From Desulfatiglandales bacterium (lineage in GTDB: Bacteria; Desulfobacterota; DSM-4660; Desulfatiglandales; Desulfatiglandaceae): a stretch of DNA of 64,000 bases. A program made the position numbers and the translations under genes. Positions 26,944 through 35,700 of the stretch are shown here, piece by piece (the stretch's first letter is position 1; every line of letters starts with the position of its first letter). The stretch lies in NCBI GenBank assembly GCA_963666345.1, contig OY762721.1, positions 2,272,001 through 2,336,000 on the forward strand, read 5' to 3'. The notes under the pieces were generated by a model. It searched no databases. It saw nothing but the letters and a program-made list of their open reading frames with translations, and was not told the DNA's origin.

Positions 26944-28407
26944 TTATGTTGCCCTTGACCAGACATAAAGGGCCACCGCCGCGGCCGTGGCTGCGTTGAG
27001 CGATTCCACCTTTTCATCTATAGGTATGGAAAAGGCCTTGAAGCCCAGACCTGCCGGAAGCCCGGGACCTTCAATTCCGGGCAGGATCCCGAAGGCTTGA
27101 GGGAATTGAAAGCCGGCTATGTCTTCCCCTTTTGATGAAAGGGCTATGACAGGAAGGGTGTCGGGCAGGTCTCTGATTGAAGGCCCCTCATACATCAACG
27201 CCTGAAACACCGTACCCCCTGAGGCGCGGATCGCCTTCGGATGAAAGGGGCTTGCGCATTCCTTAAGCAGGATAATGCCTGCCGCGCCGAAGGCGACAGC
27301 CGACCGTACGGCCGCGCCCACGTTCTCCGGGTCCTGGAAGGGCACCAGCAGGCTGCAGCCATCTGGAAAGCCGTGAGCAGGGTCCCACTCAGGTATCGGG
27401 CTGGTCTTTACAAGTAAAAGGGGCGATTTGGTACCGAACCGGTCAAGTGATCTGAAAAGTTGGGGAGCTAGCCTGTACCAAGCGACATGCTGCGGTAAAA
27501 GGGCCTGGGCCGGCGGCTGGTCGGCCGTGGAAATCCAGGCCCTGCATCGGTCGGGAAAAGATCCGATGAAATCTTTCACCTGCTTGGGTCCTGAAAGTAT
27601 CGCCTCTTTCCTCTTTTTTATCTCCCTTGCGGCAGAAAGCTTCTTTAGGTCCTTAAATACATGATTCTGTTCGCTTTCGATTTCGCGAACCGGTCTCTCT
27701 TCCATATCCTGCTCCATTATCTGCCAGGAAGGCGAATCTATCCGTTCAAATACCACAAGCCTTCTTTCATGAGGGGTAAAAGGGATTTTGTACCTTTCGT
27801 CTCTGATTAGCCTGAATCTTTCCGCGTGCCTTTCTGCTGCGGCCTTTATTTCATCTTCACAGTTAGGGCCTTTCATGAATATGGCAAGACCTTTTGAGGC
27901 AAGGCATCCCCCGATCCTCTCCAGTGTCTTTTCAATTTTTTCCACCGCCCTGGTGATTACGCCTCTGACAGGGCGTTCAAAACGGGATGTCACCGCCCTT
28001 CCCACTATGGATATCCCTGTCAGGCTCAGATCGGATGTCGCCTTTTCAAGAAACCTGACCCGGTTTTGACGGCTTTCAGCAAGGATGATTTCCAGCTCGG
28101 GAAAGGCGATTTTCAAGGGGATCCCCGGCATGCCGGGGCCGGTTCCAAGATCAAGAAGTGGGGAGGGCAGAATCGCCATCTTTCCGGGCAGGATAGAGTC
28201 CGCATAGAGCTTCAGGACCATGTTGGAGAAACTGTGGATCCTTGTGAGGTTCAGTTCGGGATTGTAACGGCGAAGCAGGTTGTGATAAGACCATAGTAGT
28301 TGTAACTGCTCGGCGGTAAGGGTGATGCCGGATCTTTCAAGGAGGCGTGACATCTCCCTTATGGTATACGTTTTTTTGCCGTCTCTTGGTTGTATCATCT
28401 TTTTCAT
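26944..28407 (-). CDS. rsmG: fusion of 16S rRNA m7G527 methyltransferase RsmG and a SpoU/TrmH-family methyltransferase
   Basis: N-half NLTRI..., LLDLGTGPGMPGIPLKI, ITRA, FMKG; C-half FQDPENVGAAVRSAVAFG, GIEGPGL, IPI...VESLNAATA; single open frame; start placed at ATG 28407. Confidence 0.88.
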   Translation of the reverse strand: MKKMIQPRDGKKTYTIREMSRLLERSGITLTAEQLQLLWSYHNLLRRYNPELNLTRIHSFSNMVLKLYADSILPGKMAILPSPLLDLGTGPGMPGIPLKIAFPELEIILAESRQNRVRFLEKATSDLSLTGISIVGRAVTSRFERPVRGVITRAVEKIEKTLERIGGCLASKGLAIFMKGPNCEDEIKAAAERHAERFRLIRDERYKIPFTPHERRLVVFERIDSPSWQIMEQDMEERPVREIESEQNHVFKDLKKLSAAREIKKRKEAILSGPKQVKDFIGSFPDRCRAWISTADQPPAQALLPQHVAWYRLAPQLFRSLDRFGTKSPLLLVKTSPIPEWDPAHGFPDGCSLLVPFQDPENVGAAVRSAVAFGAAGIILLKECASPFHPKAIRASGGTVFQALMYEGPSIRDLPDTLPVIALSSKGEDIAGFQFPQAFGILPGIEGPGLPAGLGFKAFSIPIDEKVESLNAATAAAVALYVWSRAT

Positions 28408-28428
28408 CCGGTCGGTTCCTGATAAGAT

Positions 28429-29208
28429 ATGAAAGATCGAAGCCTTAGTTTTTTTGTACCACAATGGCCTGTCATTTATGAAGATAATCACCTCCTGGCC
28501 ATGTATAAACCATCCGGCCTTCTGATTCAAGGAGATCGGACAGGGGATATCCCGCTTCTCGATCTGTGCAAGATCTGGCTCAAGGAAAGATACGGAAAAA
28601 CGGGCCGTGTTTTTTTGGGCACTGTGCACAGGCTCGACCGGCCGGCTGCGGGTGTGATCCTTTTTGCGCGCACCTCCAAGGCCGCCGGCCGCCTGAGCGA
28701 ACAGTTCAGATCGGGAATTCCGAAGAAACGGTATCTGGCGGTTGTTGAAGGATCGGTCAGCCCAGCCTCGGGCACCCTGATTAATAATATGGAGAGAAAA
28801 GGCCCCACAAGCAGGATTGTTGAAAGCCGGTCCTCCTCAAGCCGTGAGGCAAGGCTCACTTACAGGTTGCTCGGTGTCTCAAGGAACAGAAGTTATCTTG
28901 AGATCGACCTTGATACAGGAAGGCACCACCAGATAAGGGCGCAGCTAGCAAACCTTGGATTCCCCGTTTTAGGGGATCTCAGGTACGGCGCCTCAGGGCC
29001 TCTTCCAAAGAGGCAGATAGCCCTGCTTGCAAGCTGTCTTACCGTAGAACACCCCACGCTTAAAAGAGATGTGAGCTTTTACTGCCCCTTGCCCCTCGGC
29101 TGGCCCTGGAGAAAATCGGATGAGGCCGATTCCCCCCCCTGGAACTGGATTGATCTGAAGCAGGAAGTGCTTTCCAGGATCGGGGATATCAGCACTCTTA
29201 ACTTTTAG
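28429..29208 (+). CDS. RluA-family pseudouridine synthase
   Basis: IYEDNHLLAMYKPSGL, VHRLDRP (catalytic Asp), TGRHHQIRAQL, PVLGDLRYG. Confidence 0.92.
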   Translation: MKDRSLSFFVPQWPVIYEDNHLLAMYKPSGLLIQGDRTGDIPLLDLCKIWLKERYGKTGRVFLGTVHRLDRPAAGVILFARTSKAAGRLSEQFRSGIPKKRYLAVVEGSVSPASGTLINNMERKGPTSRIVESRSSSSREARLTYRLLGVSRNRSYLEIDLDTGRHHQIRAQLANLGFPVLGDLRYGASGPLPKRQIALLASCLTVEHPTLKRDVSFYCPLPLGWPWRKSDEADSPPWNWIDLKQEVLSRIGDISTLNF

Positions 29209-29460
29209 GAATTTTTCTTTCATTATGGAAAACCTGCTTCTGAAGGCCATATCGGGGAAAATGACTCTGCCTTAATGGCCCTGGAAAGGCTGCATTTATC
29301 GAAGATTTCAGAATGGAGTTTTGAGCCGCCCGGTTTTCAGTGCCTGGACGCGGCTGTATATCCATGTGTGGGTGAGATCGGCTGTTGGTGCCTGTTGAGA
29401 GTAGTGACTCCCAGGGCAGCACTATTCAAGGATCCGTAAAAGGGAGATGGGAGGGCATTA

Positions 29461-29796
29461 CTAAAGATTAAAAATATCGTCTATAAAGGCATCAACAAGT
29501 TTATCACCAATCGCCTCATGGTCAATTTCATAGCTGCCCGATTCAATTTTGTCCCGCAGGGCTGAGACCTTTTCTTCCCTGATATCCGGTTCAGATGCGA
29601 TTATTTCCTTTATCTGCTGCGCCTCTTTTGAGGCCCGGGAAAGACTGACAACGGTATCATTATCCGGTTGGTCTATTGCCGCTGCCTTTTTTCCATCGGA
29701 AAACTGCCTTTCCCCAATCTGTTCGGCAGGATTTGGAGTGGATTTAGGGATATATTTATTAATCTCATAGCTGATAGTCTTGTCATCAATTTTCAC
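29461..29796 (-). CDS. flgM: anti-sigma28 factor FlgM
   Basis: VSLS..., PDIREEKVSALRDKIESGSYEIDHEAIGDKL; GTG start after AGGAGG. Confidence 0.9.
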   Translation of the reverse strand: MKIDDKTISYEINKYIPKSTPNPAEQIGERQFSDGKKAAAIDQPDNDTVVSLSRASKEAQQIKEIIASEPDIREEKVSALRDKIESGSYEIDHEAIGDKLVDAFIDDIFNL

Positions 29797-29811
29797 GTGC
29801 GGATCCTCCTG

Positions 29812-30225
29812 TTAAATCATGTTTTTATTTACCGTGTCTTTGGTTATCTCTTCCAACCTGTGCCTCAGGAATTTGGAATCTTCTATGGAAAGTGAATTTA
29901 TTGTTTCACCGTCTTCATCTATCGCCTTGAATATCAGGTCGGAAGGACTCATTTTTGAAACGTCCAGTTGTGCCCCGTATTCATCTTCAAGTTTTTGAAA
30001 AACCTCTTTTTCAACATTTTCCTTAGGGCCGTATTCGGCTATTCTTTCTATTATGCCGGAGGCTATTCTGTCAATCACGGCCTCCCTCCTGGCCCCGGCG
30101 GAAATGCTGACCCTGTCGGGTGCGCGAGTGTTACCGGGATTCGGCCTGCCGGAAAGCCTGCCCTGGCGGATCTGATCGCCATAGACCCTCAAGACATTAT
30201 TAATATGGTAAGCGGATATTATCAT
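29812..30225 (-). CDS. DVU0524-like FlgM-associated protein
   Basis: MIISAYHINNVLRVYGDQI..., DRVSISAGARR..VIDRIAS.IIERI; directly upstream of flgM. Confidence 0.65.
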   Translation of the reverse strand: MIISAYHINNVLRVYGDQIRQGRLSGRPNPGNTRAPDRVSISAGARREAVIDRIASGIIERIAEYGPKENVEKEVFQKLEDEYGAQLDVSKMSPSDLIFKAIDEDGETINSLSIEDSKFLRHRLEEITKDTVNKNMI

Positions 30226-30243
30226 AATTTTCCCTTATTTTCC

Positions 30244-30270
30244 TTTTCGGTCTTTTCCGGGGAAACTTTA
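30244..30270 (-). promoter_or_regulatory. sigma28 promoter of the flgM operon
   Basis: Minus strand TAAAGTTT-N11-ACCGAAAA. Confidence 0.65.
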
Positions 30271-30500
30271 GGAAAAAATTGGCCGTCTTGATTTTTTTGT
30301 TTTTCAATGTTTGGCAAGGGCGATTCTATTAAGATCTGAAGGTTGCCGGTGCCGCCCTGAAATCGGGAATCAGTTGTGAAACTTATCTTAACGCCAAAAT
30401 TTTTGAGTCCAGGCGTCATAAAATTGACGTTTATGCTGCTATTTTATTTGGAGTCGCTGTAACTCACTAAAATAACCGGGTAAGCTGCTTATAACTATGC

Positions 30501-30516
30501 TGGCACATATGTTGCT
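30501..30516 (+). promoter_or_regulatory. sigma54 promoter of the TPR-pyruvyltransferase operon
   Basis: TGGCAC-ATATG-TTGCT, consensus -24/-12. Confidence 0.8.
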
Positions 30517-30572
30517 TTATATAAGATTTAGGTCAAGGCTCAAGGAAAGATTAAAAACTAGAGGCATTTTTT

Positions 30573-32231
30573 ATGAAGAAGATAATTCAGGGCGAAAAAC
30601 TATTTGCAGATGGTGAAATAGAAGCCGCGGAAAAGTGCTTTTTAGGCATTTTAGATGAATCTTCTGAAAATGCGGCAGTCCTTAACAATCTTGGAGCGGT
30701 GTACTACGCAAAGAAGAGCATTCAAAAAGCGGAAGACTATTTTTTGAAAGCGCTTGAAACAAAAGCTGATTACTTAGACGCACTTTTAAATCTGACAGAT
30801 TTATACCAAAACGAGAAGAGATGGAAAGATGCGGCTTGCCAGCTGGAGAAGTTTGTTTTGATACATGCGGATGATCCTGATCTCTATAATCGGCTTGCCA
30901 TGAATTACCTGGAGACCGGCAATTTTGAGAACGCCCGAAATGCAATGACCAAATCACTTGAACTAAGACCTGACCAGAAAGCTATTCAGGAAATTTTAGC
31001 AAGTATGGGAGATAAATTATGCATAGAGAATGATAGATTTTCTTCTGCGGCTATAAAGACTGAATGTGATAATGAGCGCCTAAATATTTTGATCAGAGGT
31101 GGTGGTTTTGTAAATAAGGGCGCTGAGACAATGGTGAAAACAGTTCAGCGTGAAATGACCAAAAGAATCCCACATGCAGAGTTTTTCATGGAAGTCCCAC
31201 AACAAATGAAAGAATTTATTGAATCAAAGGGCCTTCATCCCGTTATCTCAAATTCCAGAGCAAGGTATATGAAATTGGATGGAGTGATCGACGTCAGCGG
31301 GTTCGCGCTGGGTGATGCATGGGGGATTGAGAGCTCTCGGTATTATCAGTATCATAATTCTATTTTTGAGTCTTTTGGCAAACCGGTCGTTTTTCTGCCA
31401 CAGGCATGGGGACCCTTCACAAACCAATCAATGCGCCAGCTGAGCGCAGCCGCCATCAACCTTTCGGCCTGTGCGTATGCACGGGATAAACGGTCATATC
31501 AATATATGAGCGAATTGGAAGGTGTAAATCATCAGAATATAGGTCTTGCCCCTGATATTGCGTTTCAGTTCAAAGGAGCCTCTGATGCAAATGCAATGAG
31601 GGCTTTGAAGGAAAGTGGGTTAATTTCGACTGGGAAAAACATGCTGGGAATTATTCCTAACATGCAGGTCTATGTGCGAACGGAAGGGAAGGGGAGTGAG
31701 AACAAATATGTCAAATTGCTTATTGATCTCGCGAAATATTTTCTCAACAAGCCAAATTTTTCAATTGTATTGATTCCCCATCAGGTTCAATCGGTTGAAA
31801 ACCCTGAGATACAGGACGACCGATTTCTCTGTGATCTGATTAAGATTTCACTGGGTAATGAGGCGGATGTAGTGACTTTAATGGACTATTATTCCGCAGA
31901 GATATTGAAAGCAATAATCGGAGAAATGGATCTTATAATCGGTTCCCGTTACCATGGAATTATTGCAGCTCTTTCCCAGATGATACCTACCTTGGTTCTT
32001 GGATGGTCTCATAAGTATTTTGAGCTTTTACACGATGTAGGGATAGAACAAAATATCGTAGATTATAAAAATTTAAACAAAGACGACCTGTTTTCACTAA
32101 GTGATAATGCATGGCTTAATCGTAAGGAATTGCGCCTCACGCTTGAACAAAAGGTACCAGAACAGGTTTATAAAAGCGCCAGGGCACTCGATCACGCTGC
32201 ATCTATATTTACAAATATGAATCCTTCATGA
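30573..32231 (+). CDS. TPR-repeat + polysaccharide pyruvyltransferase (WcaK/CsaB family) fusion
   Basis: N-terminal TPRs (VLNNLGAVYY, LYNRLAMNYL); NKGAE, LPQAWGPF, YARD..SY, LAPDIAF, IGSRYHGIIAALSQ.IP....WSHKY. Confidence 0.88.
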   Translation: MKKIIQGEKLFADGEIEAAEKCFLGILDESSENAAVLNNLGAVYYAKKSIQKAEDYFLKALETKADYLDALLNLTDLYQNEKRWKDAACQLEKFVLIHADDPDLYNRLAMNYLETGNFENARNAMTKSLELRPDQKAIQEILASMGDKLCIENDRFSSAAIKTECDNERLNILIRGGGFVNKGAETMVKTVQREMTKRIPHAEFFMEVPQQMKEFIESKGLHPVISNSRARYMKLDGVIDVSGFALGDAWGIESSRYYQYHNSIFESFGKPVVFLPQAWGPFTNQSMRQLSAAAINLSACAYARDKRSYQYMSELEGVNHQNIGLAPDIAFQFKGASDANAMRALKESGLISTGKNMLGIIPNMQVYVRTEGKGSENKYVKLLIDLAKYFLNKPNFSIVLIPHQVQSVENPEIQDDRFLCDLIKISLGNEADVVTLMDYYSAEILKAIIGEMDLIIGSRYHGIIAALSQMIPTLVLGWSHKYFELLHDVGIEQNIVDYKNLNKDDLFSLSDNAWLNRKELRLTLEQKVPEQVYKSARALDHAASIFTNMNPS

Positions 32232-33415
32232 AAAAAAACGATAATATATTGCATGTGTTGGAAAGACATTTATGCACCGGTTGCGGTACCTGTGCAGGTG
32301 TTTGTCCTGTTAATGCTATTGAAATGGTCGAGTGGCAGTCAGGGGAACTGCGCCCGGAAATTGAAGGCGCTCTATGTATAGATTGTGGTTTGTGCCTTAA
32401 GGTATGCCCGGGAATAAATGTTCGGCGAACAAAGGCCAGCCTCGGAGATCCTTTTGTCGGCGAGATATCGGCAGCCTATGCAGGTCAAATTACTAATAAA
32501 AATTTGCTTGCGACAGCCCAAAGCGGAGGTATTGTAACGGGGCTTTTATTGCATGCCCTAGAGGTTGGATATATAGATGCGGCACTAGTAACATCGCAGA
32601 ACGTGAATGGGATTGTAAGGCCTGTAGTGAAATTAACTGATGATCCGGATGAAATAATCAGTGCTCAGCAATCTAAGTACTGTCCGGTTGCACTGAATGC
32701 TTTTTTGCCTGATATTCGAAAGTCAAGCAGAAGAATTGCTGTAGTCGGATTGCCCTGTCATATGCATGGATTATGGAACATTGGGAAGGAATTTCCTGAT
32801 TTACTGAAAAATGTGGTAATGCGTATAGGTTTGTTTTGCGACAGAACACTCACATACGGTGCTATCGACTCTCTTATAAAAACTGCGGGCTTGAAGGAAC
32901 ACAATGTTGCCGATTTCAGGTATCGCAGCAAAAAGTGGAGAGGCTGGCCTGGTGATGTCTATATAAAGAACAATCATGGAGAAGAAATAAATCTACCCCG
33001 TGAAATTCGTTATATGATCAAAGAAAAGTTTACCCCGATTCGTTGCCGCCTCTGTTACGATAAATTGAATACATTTGCAGACATCTCTGTCGGAGATTCT
33101 TACGGAATAAGTGAGTCAGTAGAAGGGATGTCGTCGATAATAATCAGAAATGAGAATATACATAAACTGATTTTGAGTGCTCGAGACTCCGGTAGTATCA
33201 GGCTTCAGGATGTGGATCCTTACCGCATTGTATGCGGTCAGGCAATCGAGGCCCGAAGAAAGCAATTTGCTATGTTTTCAAGCACATGGGAAAGAATGGG
33301 ATATATTTCACCTAAATACAGTCTCAACTTTGATTACACAAAAGTGCATGAGACAATCGATTTGACATCCTATGAGAATGTACTGAGTTCAGCGCTGAAC
33401 TGTCATAGCAAATAG
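32228..33415 (+). CDS. FrhB/FdhB-family (F420 hydrogenase beta-like) protein with a 2x[4Fe-4S] ferredoxin domain
   Basis: CTGCGTCAGVCP, CIDCGLCLKVCP, SGGIVT, SKY, VGLPCH, GLFC, GWPG, RCRLC.D.....ADISVGD; ATGA overlap with the upstream gene. Confidence 0.88.
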   Translation: MKKNDNILHVLERHLCTGCGTCAGVCPVNAIEMVEWQSGELRPEIEGALCIDCGLCLKVCPGINVRRTKASLGDPFVGEISAAYAGQITNKNLLATAQSGGIVTGLLLHALEVGYIDAALVTSQNVNGIVRPVVKLTDDPDEIISAQQSKYCPVALNAFLPDIRKSSRRIAVVGLPCHMHGLWNIGKEFPDLLKNVVMRIGLFCDRTLTYGAIDSLIKTAGLKEHNVADFRYRSKKWRGWPGDVYIKNNHGEEINLPREIRYMIKEKFTPIRCRLCYDKLNTFADISVGDSYGISESVEGMSSIIIRNENIHKLILSARDSGSIRLQDVDPYRIVCGQAIEARRKQFAMFSSTWERMGYISPKYSLNFDYTKVHETIDLTSYENVLSSALNCHSK

Positions 33416-33495
33416 ATCTAAAAAGGCTATGTATCAGGACACCGACGCCGGCCGTATTTGAATTAGGCATAATTGAATGGAAATTAGGAAGAAGC

Positions 33496-35403
33496 ATGGC
33501 GCAGATGAACAAAGACGGAAACTTGAAGATATCTCTTTGCATGATCGTAAAAGATGAAGAGTCCTGCCTCGGGAGCTGTCTGAAAAGCGTACGGGAATAT
33601 GTAGATGAAATCATTCTTGTGGACACCGGGTCAAGGGATAAAACAGTAGAGATTGCAAAAAGTTTTGGTGCCAGGATCTACCATCACCCCTGGGAAGATG
33701 ACTTCAGCAAGCACAGAAACCAGTCACTTTCTTATGCAACAGGTGATTGGATCTTTCAACTGGATGCCGATGAAGAACTGTTTGACGGGGACGGGCCTGA
33801 TTTAAAAAGGACTATTGAAAACGGAAATGCAGATTATTATCAATGCATGTTTTACGATATGAAAAAGGACGGCACCGTCCATGGGGTGTTCAACCTTATC
33901 AGGCTTTTCCGGAACGGCATGGGGATGTACTACACGCGGAAGGTCCACAACCAGCTTTGCCGAGTTGGAACAGGCGCCTATTCAAACTTGCGCATCAGGC
34001 ATTATGGTTACGATCTTTCCAGGGAAAAGATGGAGGTGAAGCATGTCAGGACAACAACCCTGTTGGAAGAGATGATCTTGATGAATCCTGGAGACATCTA
34101 CAGCCGGTATCAGTTGGCCGCGTCCTATTCAATGCACAAAGATTATGAGAAAGCGGTGGAACATGGAGAATTTGCCTTGAGAATGAGACGTGAAAAAGGA
34201 CTTACAGACTCATATTTCATCAACACCTATTATGCAGTTGGTCAGGGATATCTTGCTTTAGGCGACCTTGAAAATGCGGAGCTTACATTCCTTGAGGCGC
34301 TCGATTATTTTGATCTGAATCTCGACGCCTGCTATATGCTGGCAAATATCTATTTCAAAAAAAGGAATGCTGCAAAATGCAAAAAACTATCTTTCCGTTA
34401 TCTGGAAATTTTAGATACATTAAAAAATAATCCGGAAAAGATGCGAGGGGTCTATTTCTGCAGTTTTACCGATGCCCCTCAGATTTATTATGGCCTGGGC
34501 TGTGTCGCTTACATAGAAAACGATTATAAAAAGATGGACCAGTACTTCCTGCAATCATTTGAAATGGATTCTTGCAAAGCGGAAAAGGCATTAGTTGCAG
34601 CGAGGTTTTTTCTTGAAGCTGACATGGATGAAAGGAGCCTGAGATGGCTTACTGCCGCCTACAAAGAGGGAAGCCGCGATAAGGATCTCATAGGATATAT
34701 GAAGCAGATCTACGAGGAAAGGACAGGCGCAGATGAGGCGCTCCGGAAAATTACCGGTCTTTTGAATAATTTTCCTGGATGGGCAGCACTTTGGAGTGCT
34801 TCAGGTGACCTGCAAATTCGCCTCGGGAATCCCAGGGAGGCGGCTGAAAGTTTCAGAATAAGCCTGAAACTCGACCCGGATAATAGTGAGGTTTACTTGA
34901 AGCTTGTACCGATCTATGAGGCATTAGGCGACATATGTCTGGCGAAGACCGTCTGTCAGGAACTCTGCCGACGCTTTCCCTCTGAGCAACGGGCCTTACT
35001 CAAAATGGGAAAACTTCTGATGACCAGAGAACCAGAAAAGGCATTAGAGTATCTTCAGGATATCTCCACAAAATCCCTGGAAGAATTCGATCGTTTCGAA
35101 ACAGCGCTGTTGAAGATAAAACTTTTCTGGCGTTTGGAGCAGATTGAAAAATTAGTCAAATGCTTAGAGAAATTGATGGTTTCTCTCGGCATGGAAACAG
35201 AACTTGTGGTCAATTCGTTAGCGGATTTGGGAGAGCTTGTCTATAATGTTTCCGAGGTATTTTGCCACCGTCTGCAATGGCATCTGGCAGAACAGGCCCT
35301 CAGCCTTGCCATTCAAATCGCCCCTGCTATTTTTGATCACAATAAATTTGACCGGATTCTTCTGAGCGCCGAACAGAGACCTTTTCAATCCTCCCGATTT
35401 TGA
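33496..35403 (+). CDS. GT2 + TPR glycosyltransferase, likely flagellin glycosyltransferase
   Basis: ISLCMIVKDEE, VDTGSRD, WEDDFSKHRN.SL, LDADE, VHNQ, HYGY; multiple TPRs; directly upstream of fliC. Confidence 0.88.
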   Translation: MAQMNKDGNLKISLCMIVKDEESCLGSCLKSVREYVDEIILVDTGSRDKTVEIAKSFGARIYHHPWEDDFSKHRNQSLSYATGDWIFQLDADEELFDGDGPDLKRTIENGNADYYQCMFYDMKKDGTVHGVFNLIRLFRNGMGMYYTRKVHNQLCRVGTGAYSNLRIRHYGYDLSREKMEVKHVRTTTLLEEMILMNPGDIYSRYQLAASYSMHKDYEKAVEHGEFALRMRREKGLTDSYFINTYYAVGQGYLALGDLENAELTFLEALDYFDLNLDACYMLANIYFKKRNAAKCKKLSFRYLEILDTLKNNPEKMRGVYFCSFTDAPQIYYGLGCVAYIENDYKKMDQYFLQSFEMDSCKAEKALVAARFFLEADMDERSLRWLTAAYKEGSRDKDLIGYMKQIYEERTGADEALRKITGLLNNFPGWAALWSASGDLQIRLGNPREAAESFRISLKLDPDNSEVYLKLVPIYEALGDICLAKTVCQELCRRFPSEQRALLKMGKLLMTREPEKALEYLQDISTKSLEEFDRFETALLKIKLFWRLEQIEKLVKCLEKLMVSLGMETELVVNSLADLGELVYNVSEVFCHRLQWHLAEQALSLAIQIAPAIFDHNKFDRILLSAEQRPFQSSRF

Positions 35404-35533
35404 GCTAGACACCGACATCTTGCCTTACGACCGATCACATCTACGAGGTTGTACTGTCCCTCAACTGATTGCCAGAATCAAATCGATTTTGAAATTGAAA
35501 CCAGTCATCTTTCTATTTCTTAGTAAAAAAGCC

Positions 35534-35561
35534 TAAAGATAACCATGCCTCTTGCCGATAA
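35534..35561 (+). promoter_or_regulatory. sigma28 promoter of fliC
   Basis: TAAA-N16-GCCGATAA. Confidence 0.85.
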
Positions 35562-35627
35562 CATGTTTGAAGGTTCGAAACGATCCAAATCATCGGAAAG
35601 GGGGGAATGATTTTCAAGAGAATAAAA

Positions 35628-35694
35628 ACAGGATCGTAAACCTGCGGCAAGGACGCCAAAATATTAACGTCGCAAAAACGATATCAAGGAGGAT
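35628..35694 (+). promoter_or_regulatory. putative CsrA-binding sites in the fliC leader
   Basis: ACAGGAT; hairpin GGC-AAGGAC-GCC (35646-35657); AAGGAGGA overlapping the SD. Confidence 0.55.
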
Positions 35695-35700
35695 AGAAAA

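Noticed and set aside
28408..28629. N-terminal extension of the RsmG fusion given by the ORF track
   Set aside because: It overlaps the RluA-family gene on the opposite strand and has no RsmG similarity; the start was moved to 28407.
33409..33495. Frameshifted FrhB-GT2 fusion (the GT2 frame is open back to 33409)
   Set aside because: An open stretch of under 30 codons can occur by chance, there is no clear slippery heptamer, and the GT2 gene has its own AGGA SD.
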